Shown here piece by piece: positions 11,950 through 23,950 of a stretch of 64,000 bases of DNA; the stretch's first letter is position 1; every line of letters begins with the position of its first letter. This DNA comes from Chara braunii (Eukaryota; Plantae; Charophyceae), in the NCBI GenBank assembly GCA_003427395.1, contig BFEA01000012.1, forward strand, positions 1,330,641 through 1,394,640, read 5' to 3'. The notes beneath the pieces are model-generated. The model made no database searches. It was not told the origin of the DNA and worked only from the letters and a program-made list of their open reading frames with translations. A program made the translations under genes and the position numbers.

Positions 11950-12381
11950 ATGAAAAATGGATGCCCTAAATGCCGCTAGTGACCGCGTGTTCTCTGGTGC
12001 TCGTTTTTCATTTTAGCCGTAGATTGTGAAGATCGACATGCAACAGCCAAAATCGGAAAAGGCTTGCAAGCCTTGCCGGTGGGATCCTCCTCCGTTCGAT
12101 GACTTGTCGAGTGCCACACCGCGTGTCACTCCGTTGTCACACCTCGGTAGCCAACTACCACGACAACGCGCTTTGGGACCGAGCCCGAGGCTGTAGCAGA
12201 ACGACTGTGAAAGGACAAAAGCTATGGCGGTTGTGTACTTGTTTTTTTTGGGAAGGTGTTTCAACTATATCCATTTCGCCACTCTTTCCGACTTTTTTGC
12301 TGAAGATACACGTGCAATTTTCGAGTTTACAGAATTGGGCGAGCAGCAGTGCAGCCGGAGGCAGTCCAAAAAGTCGGCAGT

Positions 12382-14979
12382 CCAAAACTTTATTGGATAA
12401 TATTAGATTTAATCCTAGAATAGTCGGACTCTCCCTTTATCCCTCACTACAATGGAAAGGGGGAGCGATTGCTAACGACTTGACTATAGCCTATGAAAAT
12501 AGTTCGGAGGCTCTGACAAAACTCAAGAGTATCTTAGATAGCTACTGTGTTATTTCCAAGGCATCCAAAATTGGCATTAATCAGTCTACTTTTACCTGCA
12601 ATGTTCGACCTGAAGGTCAACTGGGGTCTTCGACAAATACCTACAGAGAACTCGGAGCGCTTCTTGGGTATCTTGGTCTCACTCTCAGATTGTTCAAAGG
12701 CCCAGGACCAGCTGCTGGCAGACAAAGTCATGGCGCGGGTAAGCAACTGGCAAAGGAACCACAGCCTCTCCTTATATGGAAGTGCGTTGGTACTGTCCTC
12801 GGCAGCCTTCTCCCTTCTCTGGTACTCCCGAGCAATAATCAGATTGGGGGACGAAGCCTATACACAGATCAAGAGAAATGTTGCTAAATATCTATGGAAT
12901 CCGAATGCTAAGGAAGGAGAAGGACACATGACAAAGGTGGCATGGGAGGCCATCGCCCTCCCTCGCAAGCAAGGGGGTCTGGGAGTGTTGGACCCCAGAC
13001 ACCAAAACGTAGCATTGCTAAGTAAATGGCCCGTGAAGGTCATGTTTGAGGATCCTTCTAAACTGTGGATCAGCCTATATATTGAGTAATACATGGGGAC
13101 TGTCTACTCCAGAAATGGTTTGGTTGTGCCTCCTAATCCCTTCTTATAGAAACAAGAGACCATACTCAAGAGTATGGAGGGACATCCTCTATGCATGGAA
13201 CAAGATACTCCCTCGGAGCAGCAATAAGCCCAGCTCAAGGGAAGAGACATTAAACCAACTTTTATTCGAGAACAGCAACATCACTCAAGATAACGGTGAA
13301 GAGTTCACGGCAGGAGGTACGGCAGGAAGTTTCGGGCACTCGTGGCTAAAGAAAGGTGTAATGCAAATAAGGCATATTTGGGATGAAGAGAGGGAGGAAC
13401 GGATCTCCGCTGAGGCACTGAGACAGAAACTGCCCCGGCTCCGCAACGTTGATAAGAACTTGGTTTCTCTGATGGCGGCAATCTCGAGTGGTTGGGTCCA
13501 ACTTCTGAGGAAAGACACAGAGATGGCAGCAGATACTTGGGTGTACTCGGAGGAGGACCAAGGAAGGGTCTGGAGAATTTTGGGCCCGGACCTGGCTAAA
13601 GGAATAAGAGTTGAGTGGAGGATTCCAGGATTCGTCTCGAGTGGGGACACCTCCCAGAAAGAGATGGTTGTTGACTCAGAAAGGACGATCCAGACTGCGA
13701 AGGGTCTTCAAGAGGTGAGAGTGTGGTCCAGACATAAAGGAAAGCAAGTTAAATTCCTAGGTACTTCTGACCAGTTTCGGGTGGAACCAGAAAGTAGGAG
13801 CTGGAAGGTGGCAGGACAGGAACCAATACCTCTTACACAGTATAAAGCTAAGATTGGTACCACAATGCGACAACCGAAGATAAAGAAACTCCTTCCTTTT
13901 TGGCTACCAAAAGACTGGTAAAAGTGAAGAATGGGGTGCCCCTGAAGCCTGATTGGACAGCCTTCTGGCAGGCTCTGATCAGTCTTCCTTCGCAGAAGGA
14001 CGCCAGTCTTCTCTGGCTTCAATCCTTGCTGGTGGTTGCATCAGCCCTGTGGGGCATGGAGATCTCAATCACCTGCAGAAGGTGCGACTGGGGCTGGGAG
14101 TCAAACGCATATCTATGGTTATGTTGTCCACTGGCTGACGAACTCTGGATATGGTGGCTCCAACACTGGAATCTCATTACTGGCCCAGCATGGCCATGGA
14201 CAGATGACTGGTCACTGTATGGGATCCCACCAGTTCAGAATGGTTCATATACTGAAGGGTGGGGTTACGAAGCTCTGGTTTGCAGAGGAGTTCTCCTACA
14301 TATGGAGGGCAAGGAACTCTGTAATTTTTAGGAGTACTAAAATTCCCGTACAAGAACAGCAAAGCCAAGTGAAAAGGAATATCAGAAGCATGATTTTGGC
14401 CGACTGGCAAAAAGGGCCCAGGAGCGAAAAGAAAGGAGTTACCTGGTTTCTGAAGACGTGGGCTAAAGACAAACAGCTGGCTACTGTGACATTGGACAAA
14501 AGGCTGATGCTCTCCCGGTGGCTAAAGCCTCCTTGAGTATGGATTTTATCTAGAGGCCGATTTAGGCTTCTCTGGAACTGGTGTAGTAAGGAAAATGCTT
14601 TCGTTATGAGCTCAAGAATGCCTTTGAGGCGAGACGCAGTTGGTTTGACAAGGCCCAGTTAGACAAGTACGAGTAGGTAGATTTTGAGATTGGGCTAGTT
14701 GGGAGCAGGATTGAATGGTCAAATTGGTGCTTAAAGAATAGCATAGGCCGTAGGATTGGAATATACATGTATTTCCCCTCAGTCACCCTTTTTTCTGAGC
14801 TTCAAGTTTGGTTTTTTGAGAAGTCGTAATTCTGTTGAGAGTTGAGTGCTCTTGGGACGCTGGACCCGGTTTCCAGCATGGTGACTTGGGGACTCCGGGT
14901 TGAATTGTGAGGTCCCCGGCCTCGACCACTGTTTTTGGAATATAAAGAGACAACTTCTCAAAAAAAAAAAAAAAAAAAA
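12382..14979 (+). mobile_element. 5'-truncated L1/Tx1-type LINE (family A), frameshifted ORF2 from the end of RT to the C-terminal Cys motif
   Basis: Starts in RT (GAIANDL, degenerate ADD). Contains LPRKQGGLGVLDP and CRRCDWGWESNAYLWLCCP. Poly(A) at 14960-14979. TSD AAAAAGTYGGCAGT at 12368-12381 and 14975-14988 (one mismatch). Confidence 0.92.
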
Positions 14980-15704
14980 GTTGGCAGTACCTACTGGCCT
15001 AGCTCAGGGTGTACTCACAGTAGCACTATCTTAAATTCGCAGCCAGGATGACTGCCTGTAGATGGATGTCTTTTGTCGTTTAGCGGGCGGTTTCTATATG
15101 GGGAATGTCGTCGACCATGTAAGTGGGTATAGAGGGCGTCGTTGCACCTTTAACAAGGTTGCGCTCGCCGACCGGGTGTTTCGCGAGGCAACGGGGCGGC
15201 GGTTGTGGGAGAGGGTCACCTGGTCGTCCGTCAAAGGGCGGGCAGTTGGGAGGTCGTTGGCTGGTTTCTAGTATAGGAAAGTTTTGACGTTGCTATGCAG
15301 GAACGCAGATCAATCACGATTTTCTGCACCTTCCCTCAGATACCATACAGATACGTTCGGACTGACTAGACATATTGAATGTATGAGGATGAGAAGTAGG
15401 CACAGATACATTTGGAATTTATTTAGTTAAGCCAGGCCTCAGAGCGGCTGGTGGTGACTGTTGCGAATTTCCGCACGGCTTTTGTTGCAGCCCCCCCCCG
15501 CCATTTTCTTCCCTTCTGCCGAACCGAATCTCCACCTTCACCGAATAGAACACGCCGTGGCAGATGGCGTAATTGCAACCGTGGGTACATTCGTATAGAT
15601 GAAAAATTATATTTTTTGAATGTTTTTATTTAAATAAAAAAAGAACACCACACGCGGTTTTGCACCACGGTAGTGGATCCGAGTCCCAGATTTGACAGGC
15701 TTAA

Positions 15705-15775
15705 ACCACTAGTACCTTTGCCGCGTGGGAAAATAGCGGGCCGATCAGATTTACACTGGGCGAGGTACTAGTGGT
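15705..15775. mobile_element. 71-bp MITE with TTAA target duplication (piggyBac-type signature)
   Basis: TTAA|ACCACTAGTACCT...AGGTACTAGTGGT|TTAA, a perfect 13-bp TIR. Confidence 0.7.
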
Positions 15776-15996
15776 TTAAGGGGTAACTTCAGTAGAGTCA
15801 CAAAAACGAGTTATAATTTAATTGCACTATGGGCCAAGATACAGTTTGCAATCTGGACAAAGTTCATCCGAAAGCACTTGATCCCCTCCCCTTGCGCCTA
15901 TCAAGCGGTCGTCGGCTTCTCACTGCAGCAATCGCACGGTTAAGCTGACCTTGACGCTCGTACTCGCATTATCGTTTTCAATTTGAATGGAAGGGC

Positions 15997-16050
15997 CGGT
16001 CATTATGGCTGTATCGGGACTGAAAGTTGCTCCAAGTACTGCTATAACCA
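15997..16050. mobile_element. Partial, decayed copy of the palindromic TA-MITE
   Basis: CGGTCATTATGGCTGTATC.GACTGAAAG..CC.A.TAC.GCTATAA matches the reverse complement of the core of the copy at 61003. Confidence 0.55.
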
Positions 16051-16406
16051 CCGGGCGCTCTTTTCGGGTTAAGACCGTAGGATCCTGCACGCTGCATCTG
16101 CCCGGGATGATGACTACCAAAGCTTTCCTCAGATAAATCTTGAAGTCTCACGAGCACGCGGCCTGCGCAGCTAGATACAACTCTCCCCTGCGTCAATCAT
16201 GCGATCGTCCGTGGGTGCTGCAGCAGCCACAGGGGTACGCTGACCCTGCCGCGGGTACTCACACCAGAATGTTGCATGCTGTATTTGGCCGGTATGGTGG
16301 CCAGGTCCGCTTCGAAAAGTCTCGGTGGGAGCATGCGATGACTTGCGTGGTTACCCTACAGTTACCGTGGCTGGTGCTCAGCGGTTCTCTGGTCTCCATG
16401 CACCTA

Positions 16407-16511
16407 CCTTCTTAACCCGAATACAACATACGACCATTATAGCTGCATTTGAGGGATCTTTCGGTCTAGATACAGCTATGATGACCGTGTGTTGTATTCG
16501 GATGAAGAAGG
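16407..16511. mobile_element. ~105-bp palindromic MITE, TA-flanked (Tc1/mariner-pogo type)
   Basis: TA|CCTTCTT..CCGAATACAAC...GTTGTATTCGG..AAGAAGG|TA. Further copies at 41243 and 61003. Confidence 0.8.
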
Positions 16512-17611
16512 TAGCGTGAGCTTAACTACGGTGGAGTGGGTTCGAACGCTACCGAAGTCCATGCTGGCTTACGGTAGCGGGGACTACCAGGTTGTTGTAG
16601 AGGTCGGATAATTCAAAAAAAAAAAAAAAAAAACACCTTTGCACCTCACCGACCAGAGAGAAGTGTCCTTACAGCTGTATTTGTGTGAAATTTCAGCCCA
16701 GATACAGGGATAAGACGGGTAGGTGCCGCTGCCTGATGTTCTTCACTAATACCACGCTGGGCGTGGGGGCGCATCCAGGACGCCGGGGGACCGGGAAGCG
16801 TCTCGGTTTCCATTCATCCATTCTCTTCTGTCCCGCAATCTCTGCTCCTGGTCACACTTTTGCCTACGTTCATCCACGATCCTATCTGTCTTGAATACAG
16901 AACCGGGAGGGTGGTGTATACACCGGTGCAGTGTACAGGAAAAGCATGTTCACAAAGCTACTTCAATCCATAAAAGCTCGTTTTTATGGAGGCAAAGCAC
17001 AAACTGCCAAATGCATCACTGGATTGCATTTGCTTTCGTCCTCTGATGACCGATTGCAGGGCACAATAGGTTGATGGAGCTGGGGACAGTGGGATTTGCA
17101 TGCGAAGGATAGTGCAGCGGTGGTCATTTCTACTTGATTCTGATTAAGATGAGATAAGTAAAGCTTGACCCATATCCAATGGCTGCATACATCGACAGTC
17201 AAGTAGAAGGCTCGATTGTCCAGGCCGAAACTGCATTTCGGAAAAGGTAGTTTTCAATGCCTTGAAAATCAGAGGATCTGGAGAAGCTCCCGTGAAGAGG
17301 GAGTGAAAAGATCTGTGCTGGGAATCAGACCCACTGGCAGGACCTCCCGCTCATGAGACAGCCTCCATCCAGCTGAGTCTGTGAGTCACTCACCTGAATA
17401 GAGACTCATTCACCAAGCAGAGTGCAATCATTCCGTGGCTGTTGTGTGTCCGTCCTCCTAAAAACTCGTCTCTTTTGCAATGAACTTACGACGAAGGTAG
17501 AGTGTGGCATACTGCACACTACACGGGCCTGCGGGGCCCGACCCGGCGGAACAAGGGATAAGTCAGGGCCCTCCAGGCCCTGTGTCGTTTCAGCCTGAAA
17601 AGGAGGGCGAA

Positions 17612-18695
17612 TGTTAGGCCCTCATAAAGTCGACCTTTCCCGAAACTTAGGCGTCAGACCAGGAATAAGTGCAGGCCATTTTTAGACCCATTTCAAGACA
17701 ACCTTTTTTTGAACTTGGGCGTCAGGGTCTGGCACGTTTTGGCGTTGGCAAGAGCAGCCTTCCAGCCGGACCAGCACTATATAGTACTGGTCCGCCAGCG
17801 AGGGCAGAGGAGTTCAGGAGGCAGTCTTCAGGATTCAGCAGCAGCACTCTGCAGGAGCGCTGCAGTAGTAGCAGATAGCGATAGGAGTAGTCTTCGGCGC
17901 TGGGCGCTGCTAGGATCTTAGAGTAGCGTTGGGAGAGAGGGAAGTGGGAGGCCAGGGAGACTTACCAGGGAGCTTACCTGTGGCGCCGTAGCTCCAGCTT
18001 CTTCTTCAATATACCTACAACAAGGCGCCACCTTCACAGGTTAGTACCTGGCACCAGAGAGAGAGAGAGAGGGAGAGTTCTTCTTCTTCCTCCTCTAAGT
18101 CCACCATCTCTCCCTCACCCTCTCTCTACCTGACTTCTCACTATCTGACAGGCTACGAGGGAGAAAGAGAGACAGAGATTTGTGACTTCGAGATTTGACG
18201 ACATTTGGATTCAGACTCAACCTTGGGACACAGACATTGAGGGGAGACTATTTGGGATCGGTACAATGACATTGGTGTTGACGACATTCTCATCTCCTCC
18301 CTTCCTCTTCGTCTGATCCCCCTCCTCTTCGTCCGTGTATGATCTGGGCCTGGCGCATTCTTCCTGTGTGTAGCGCCAGGCCCATTCACACCTTGCGATG
18401 ATGATGATGTATGTTTGGTCTGCATTGTGACATTGATTGGTCTGATCATTGGTATTTTAGCCTTCCGCTGCACTATCCTGTACTATGTGAGAGAGGTCGG
18501 TTTTTTCTGGTCTGCACCATTACGGTATGCAACATAGAGCCAGACCCAGAAGGAGGAACCCAGAACCTCCTGCTCATAAGACAGGTGCTCTAACCAACTG
18601 AGCTACACAGACCAGAGATGACTGTGATCAGAAATGGCACAACTGTCAAGGAGTTCATCCACACACATCCAGGCCAAGCAGAATACAACTCTGTA

Positions 18696-18698
<3 letters not shown>
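17612..18698 (+). mobile_element. LTR-like non-coding segment
   Basis: Starts TGTTAG, has a TATATA motif at ~17778 followed by GA/CT tracts. The 3' end is not identified (microsatellite and gap follow). Confidence 0.3.
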
Positions 18699-18777
<79 letters not shown>

Positions 18778-18984
18778 NNNNNNNNNNNNNNNNNNNNNNN
18801 NNNNNNNNNNNNNNNNNNNNNNNNNNNNNNNNNNNNNNNNNNNNNNNNNNNNNNNNNNNNNNNNNNNNNNNNNNNNNNNNNNNNNNNNNNNNNNNNNNNN
18901 NNNNNNNNNNNTATGTCAATTTAAGAATCGTATTGTTTAAATTATTGTTGTAAAACAGGAGGATTGATGGAAAAGAACGGACAC

Positions 18985-19048
<64 letters not shown>
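18699..19048. repeat. (TC)n, gap, and (TAA)n at 18985-19048
   Basis: Directly visible. Confidence 0.95.
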
Positions 19049-20027
19049 TTATATATGTAGTCAAACAGAGCTGCCTAGTAAACCGTAGGCAGAGAGGGAG
19101 AAGAGGACAACAACCGAGGGACTGTGACAAACTGTTTCGATGGAATTTCACGACTCATAAGGAGGCTGAACCATATGGTTCATTCATGTGAACTACAGCT
19201 GCTGCATGCTTAGTTTTCAGTTTCAGAACACCAGCCACTGAGTCAATCTATTTACACTACCCAGAGGGAAAGTTTTCGCACCAGACGCAAGGGTGGTAGA
19301 CAACTGGACAGAAAAAAAAACAGTACCTGTGAAGTCAGCATTAAACGACCACCGTTTTCCAGCAGGTGATGCTCCCCACCAATAGATGGAGCCTATCCCC
19401 AGGTGCTAAAACTGTTTTTTCAAAACCACCGTTTTCCAGCAGGTGATGCTCCCCTCCAGAGGGAAAGTTTTCGCACCAGACGCTAGGGATCGTTTTTCCA
19501 AAAAAAAAAAAAAAAAGAAAAAAGAAAAAAAAGCATTAAACGACCACTACCTGCGAGACCCAGCAGAATAGCATCTTCTGGCAGTCCGGGAGGGGGAAAG
19601 CCAGGCCTATTGTCCCCACAATGTGGGAAAAGGAGGTCCTGCCAGGTAGTCGTGGCATAAGACGGAATGCACCTAAAGAGCCATGACGAAACAACACACA
19701 TGCATTCGTCACACCTGAGAGTTTGCCGCTCTACCCACTGTTATGTCACGGCATTGTAACCCTCACAAACACATCTACTAAACTGCATCCGCGACCGTGA
19801 ACGCGATGGTTATGGTTTTCCTTCTAGAGCAATATTCAAATTGCAAACTGGAGTTAATAAAGGACTAGATCCCCAGGCCAACAAAAGGGCCAGGGAAAAC
19901 TTGGCCGGCCGGGCCCAGGGGGAAAAAAACAGAAATCTTATTATTATTATTACAAGTCACAGGCGCGCCGCGGCCATGCTGCGGCAGGCGGGGTGCTGGC
20001 ATGTGACCCCGCGGCACCAAAGATGCG

Positions 20028-20029
<2 letters not shown>

Positions 20030-20097
<68 letters not shown>

Positions 20098-20763
20098 NNN
20101 NNNNNNNNNNNNNNNNNNNNNNNNNNNNNNNNNNNNNNNNNNNNNNNNNNNNNNNNNNNNNNNNNNNNNNNNNNNNNNNNNNNNNNNNNNNNNNNNNNNN
20201 NNNNNNNNNNNNNNNNNNNNNNNNNNNNNNNNNNNNNNNNNNNNNNNNNNNNNNNNNNNNNNNNNNNNNNNNNNNNNNNNNNNNNNNNNNNNNNNNNNNN
20301 NNNNNNNNNNNNNNNNNNNNNNNNNNNNNNNNNNNNNNNNNNNNNNNNNNNNNNNNNNNNNNNNNNNNNNNNNNNNNNNNNNNNNNNNNNNNNNNNNNNN
20401 NNNNNNNNNNNNNNNNNNNNNNNNNNNNNNNNNNNNNNNNNNNNNNNNNNNNNNNNNNNNNNNNNNNNNNNNNNNNNNNNNNNNNNNNNNNNNNNNNNNN
20501 NNNNNNNNNNNNNNNNNNNNNNNNNNNNNNNNNNNNNNNNNNNNNNNNNNNNNNNNNNNNNNNNNNNNNNNNNNNNNNNNNNNNNNNNNNNNNNNNNNNN
20601 NNNNNNNNNNNNNNNNNNNNNNNNNNNNNNNNNNNNNNNNNNNNNNNNNNNNNNNNNNNNNNNNNNNNNNNNNNNNNNNNNNNNNNNNNNNNNNNNNNNN
20701 NNNNNNNNNNNNNNNNNNNNNNNNNNNNNNNNNNNNNNNNNNNNNNNNNNNNNNNNNNNNNNN
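20030..20763. repeat. (GA)n followed by assembly gap
   Basis: Directly visible. Confidence 0.95.
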
Positions 20764-21253
20764 NTCTCCAACCTCGCGGCTGGCGTCACGCTACTTCCAT
20801 GATAGGATGAGCAAAATCGAACGAATCTTTCGGTAGAACATAGAAATATACACTCCCTGGTTGAATCTGCCCGACACCTGCGGGACAACGCTTTCTGCAA
20901 TCGCCGGCGCGGCGCCAAACAAACCCGGCGTGCACCGAAAAAAGACGTACCAACGCGCCCGCCCGCCCCAAAAAAAAAACCGTAGGAAACGCGTCTACCC
21001 CATCCAACCCAAAAGATTGAAAACGCGGAAAACGAAGTGAATTCGGGGCCCTCGAACCCGCGCCCTGCAAAGTGGGCCGTGAAAAAGTGTGCAGTAAACG
21101 ACAAAAAACAAAACAAAACGAAACGTTGCACAGCGCCTGTCCCATCCAACCGAAGCGCGGGACTTCTTTTCCCTGGTCCCGTGGGAGCATCTTCCGAGGA
21201 CCGCTTTTGCCTTTAAGTATTAGTAGATTATTTTTTCAATTTGCAAGAGAATC

Positions 21254-23284
21254 TTTTTTTTTTTTCCAGAAACATTTGTGGCAACCTGCGGTTGGAGGTG
21301 ATACAAGCATCCTCCAATAGCAAGCCCCAGTTGATAGATGGCTCCAATCTAGTGGTGGGGAGCATCACCTGCCGGAAACCGGGTCCAGCGTCCCACTGAC
21401 GAGATCGGACACAATATACCTTGCGGAACTGCATTGATTGCCCTCACACGAGGGGATCGACTGCCCGCCCAATTATCTAGCCATGGAGAGGGTGACAAAC
21501 TGACCTCCAATCTACCCTAATCCTTCACAGTCACAACCGTGCATAGGAAACCCTAGGCCCCCTCCGTGCATAAGGCCGCTGCCCAGCTCCATGATTCTCA
21601 TTTTTCGTCAGCGGAGGTCGTCTGCCTACCCTCCCTTATCCTAAGCTATTCACCCGGCGAAGATCATTCACATGAAATTGTTCTTGTCAAATTTATGGCA
21701 GAGGTTAGCAACATCTGTGACATATATCATTATTTTTATTATTATCACACATCTGCCGTGCATACTCTTCCCCCTGCGGCTTTCCCAACCAGAGTTCTGC
21801 CCATCCCTTATTGATTACCCTATCTCCTCCCCCTATCCACCACCCAAATGACAGACCCTCCTCCCGCTCCTCTCCATCGTGCACCCCACCCGGTGCCAGC
21901 CACAGAATATTATGACAGTCGGGACAGGCAACAGAGAGGGAGCAGAGGGAAACCATAGGTCAAAGAGGGACTCCGACAGGTGATATTTTACTCAGGAGTG
22001 AAACAATCAAAACACATGCCAAACCCATCGAATCCAACCCTCCCTGCGGTCAACTAGCTGAGCCACCCCCATGATTGTACCACGCCACAGCTCAATAGTA
22101 TTAACCTCTGGGGGGGGGATGGTATACCCCTGGGAAATAAAATAAAAAAACAGTCATCGTCGTCATAGTACGGTAAGTCATCACACATGATGTCATTGCC
22201 CGCATCAGACTACTGAGTAGATGGCGAATCAATTGTAAAATAACCTTTAAGAACAAGCGTCGTGGGAACCGCATCACCTACCTCCGCCGAAGCACCGTTG
22301 TCAAACAATGATGATGATGCCTTTTGATCTTCAGTGGGCTGTTGGAGACTGTGAGACGGATGTCAACAAAGCTTCTGGAGCAAGCGCCTGGATCACCGCT
22401 CCCACGTCCGTCGAATCTCCATTATTCACTACAACAGACTGAGACTGACAGCCAAATGATGCTGACACCGTGTGATCGTCACCCAATTCACCACACGCCT
22501 GAGCCAATGGTCGCTGTTTCTGGAGACAGAGTGGAATAGTTGGTGATGAGACTGTTGTAGATGTTGTTGTTGATGTTGTTGATGTTGTTGATGTTGTCCA
22601 TGTCACGCTATCCTGATCTTCATATGAGAGCAACTCACTCGATTGACCGCCCACGTCTCTCCTTGCTAGAAGCCCGATAAACATGTCTTTCACCTGCATC
22701 AGCATCCCAGCACAATCGTGTAGGGCAGTCATCGTCTGTGCTCCGTTATTCATATCCAACTGTCGAAGAGAGATCTGCGCATACAGCTCGTCCTCCCACT
22801 CATCATAGATCCCCTCTCCCTCCAACAAGATGTCATCTGGTAGGTTGCCATATTCTTGACTTAGCAACGCGTGCATCTCCTCCAGCTGCTGTTTATACAA
22901 GGTCACAATGAGCAGTGCGGAATCTGCCTGCACGAGCTGCTGGGCAGGAGGGATTTCCCACAGCCCCCCATCAGTCATGGTCGTCGTGTCCATCTCTGCC
23001 GTCGTTATTGATGTCAGAAACTAATACTGCTACGCTGCAATCACGTTTTTTCAACAAATTCACAGCTGGCGCTGCCCCTGTCCGCGCGTCACGGGACACC
23101 CACGTCACCAACAGCAGCTGCCACGTGGCAATCAGGATGCCACACGCGTCCGCCAGGCGCATGCACAGGCCTAGCGGCTGAGGAACTCCCTCCCCCAGGC
23201 ACTAGTCTAGCCGGCAGACCGGGCATTGCTGGTCTGGCGGCGTCGGGGCGCTAGCGCTAGCGCAGCGTTGGCCCCATCAAGCCA
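21254..23284 (-). mobile_element. Putative non-autonomous single-ORF retroposon (HAL1-like architecture)
   Basis: On the minus strand: GC-rich leader, then a 220-aa ORF, a long 3' UTR, the LINE-shared tail module (21340-21395) and poly(A) (T-tract 21254-21265), ending at target TTGCAAGAGAATCT. The 5' end is 23284 or 23426 depending on the model. Confidence 0.55.
22331..22993 (-). CDS. Orphan 220-aa acidic protein, helical-looking N-terminal half and T/S-rich linker
   Basis: Intact ATG-TGA ORF with protein-like composition (LYKQQLEEMHALL, YDEWEDELYAQISLRQL). No recognisable domain. Confidence 0.5.
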   Translation of the reverse strand: MDTTTMTDGGLWEIPPAQQLVQADSALLIVTLYKQQLEEMHALLSQEYGNLPDDILLEGEGIYDEWEDELYAQISLRQLDMNNGAQTMTALHDCAGMLMQVKDMFIGLLARRDVGGQSSELLSYEDQDSVTWTTSTTSTTSTTTSTTVSSPTIPLCLQKQRPLAQACGELGDDHTVSASFGCQSQSVVVNNGDSTDVGAVIQALAPEALLTSVSQSPTAH

Positions 23285-23437
23285 GGTGCCACCATGAGGC
23301 AAAATTTTAGTTTTTATTCTGCATAACACAGTTTATTTTTCAGAACTTTTTGATTCCCCCCCCCCCCACTTTTGCAAGGACCTCGCCCTTAAGTGAACGG
23401 GCCGCCTGGGAAGACAAGGTGTCCCGTTACAAGAGAA

Positions 23438-23441
<4 letters not shown>

Positions 23442-23494
<53 letters not shown>

Positions 23495-23950
23495 CTTCTT
23501 CTCTCAACTTTTTGTTTTACCTTCCACTACCTAAGACTATCTAGAGGGGACCCCTGCAAGCATAGTTTTCCTCTCTCTGTGAAGGGGAGATTTCATGTTG
23601 CCCCTTGCCCCTAATGGTTAGGGTATAGGGTTCGGGCCGACAGTGGGGGTCTGGCTAACACAAAGACCGAGACCTGCCAGCAGTTGTGCCTCCCTTTCTC
23701 ATCGTCCCCCACCCTTCATCGAGTAGCAGCAGAGGCTATGGCCAACACTCTCCCACACACCACACACAACCCACTCGCGCTCACACTCACACCCGTGTTG
23801 GTCATAGACCCCGCTAATACCGATCAGGGGTATCCAGAGGACTATCACAGTCCGTTGGCACTAAGTGTGCCGCAGGCGGCCATGGGGCTTGAACCCACAA
23901 ACCTCCTGAATGCCACTTGCATGCCTAACCAACTGAGCCAGGCCCCTGGA
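23442..23950 (-). mobile_element. tRNA-derived SINE
   Basis: The head reads GGGGCCTGGCTCAGTTGGTTAGGC...GTGGGTTCAAGCCCCAT (Pol III A and B boxes, T-arm). ~55-nt poly(A). Perfect 15-bp TSD TTACAAGAGAATCTT at 23427-23441 and 23951-23965. Confidence 0.93.

Noticed and set aside
16530-16632. GGTTCGAAC B-box-like motif before a poly(A) run, possible SINE
   Set aside because: No A box or TSD could be identified.
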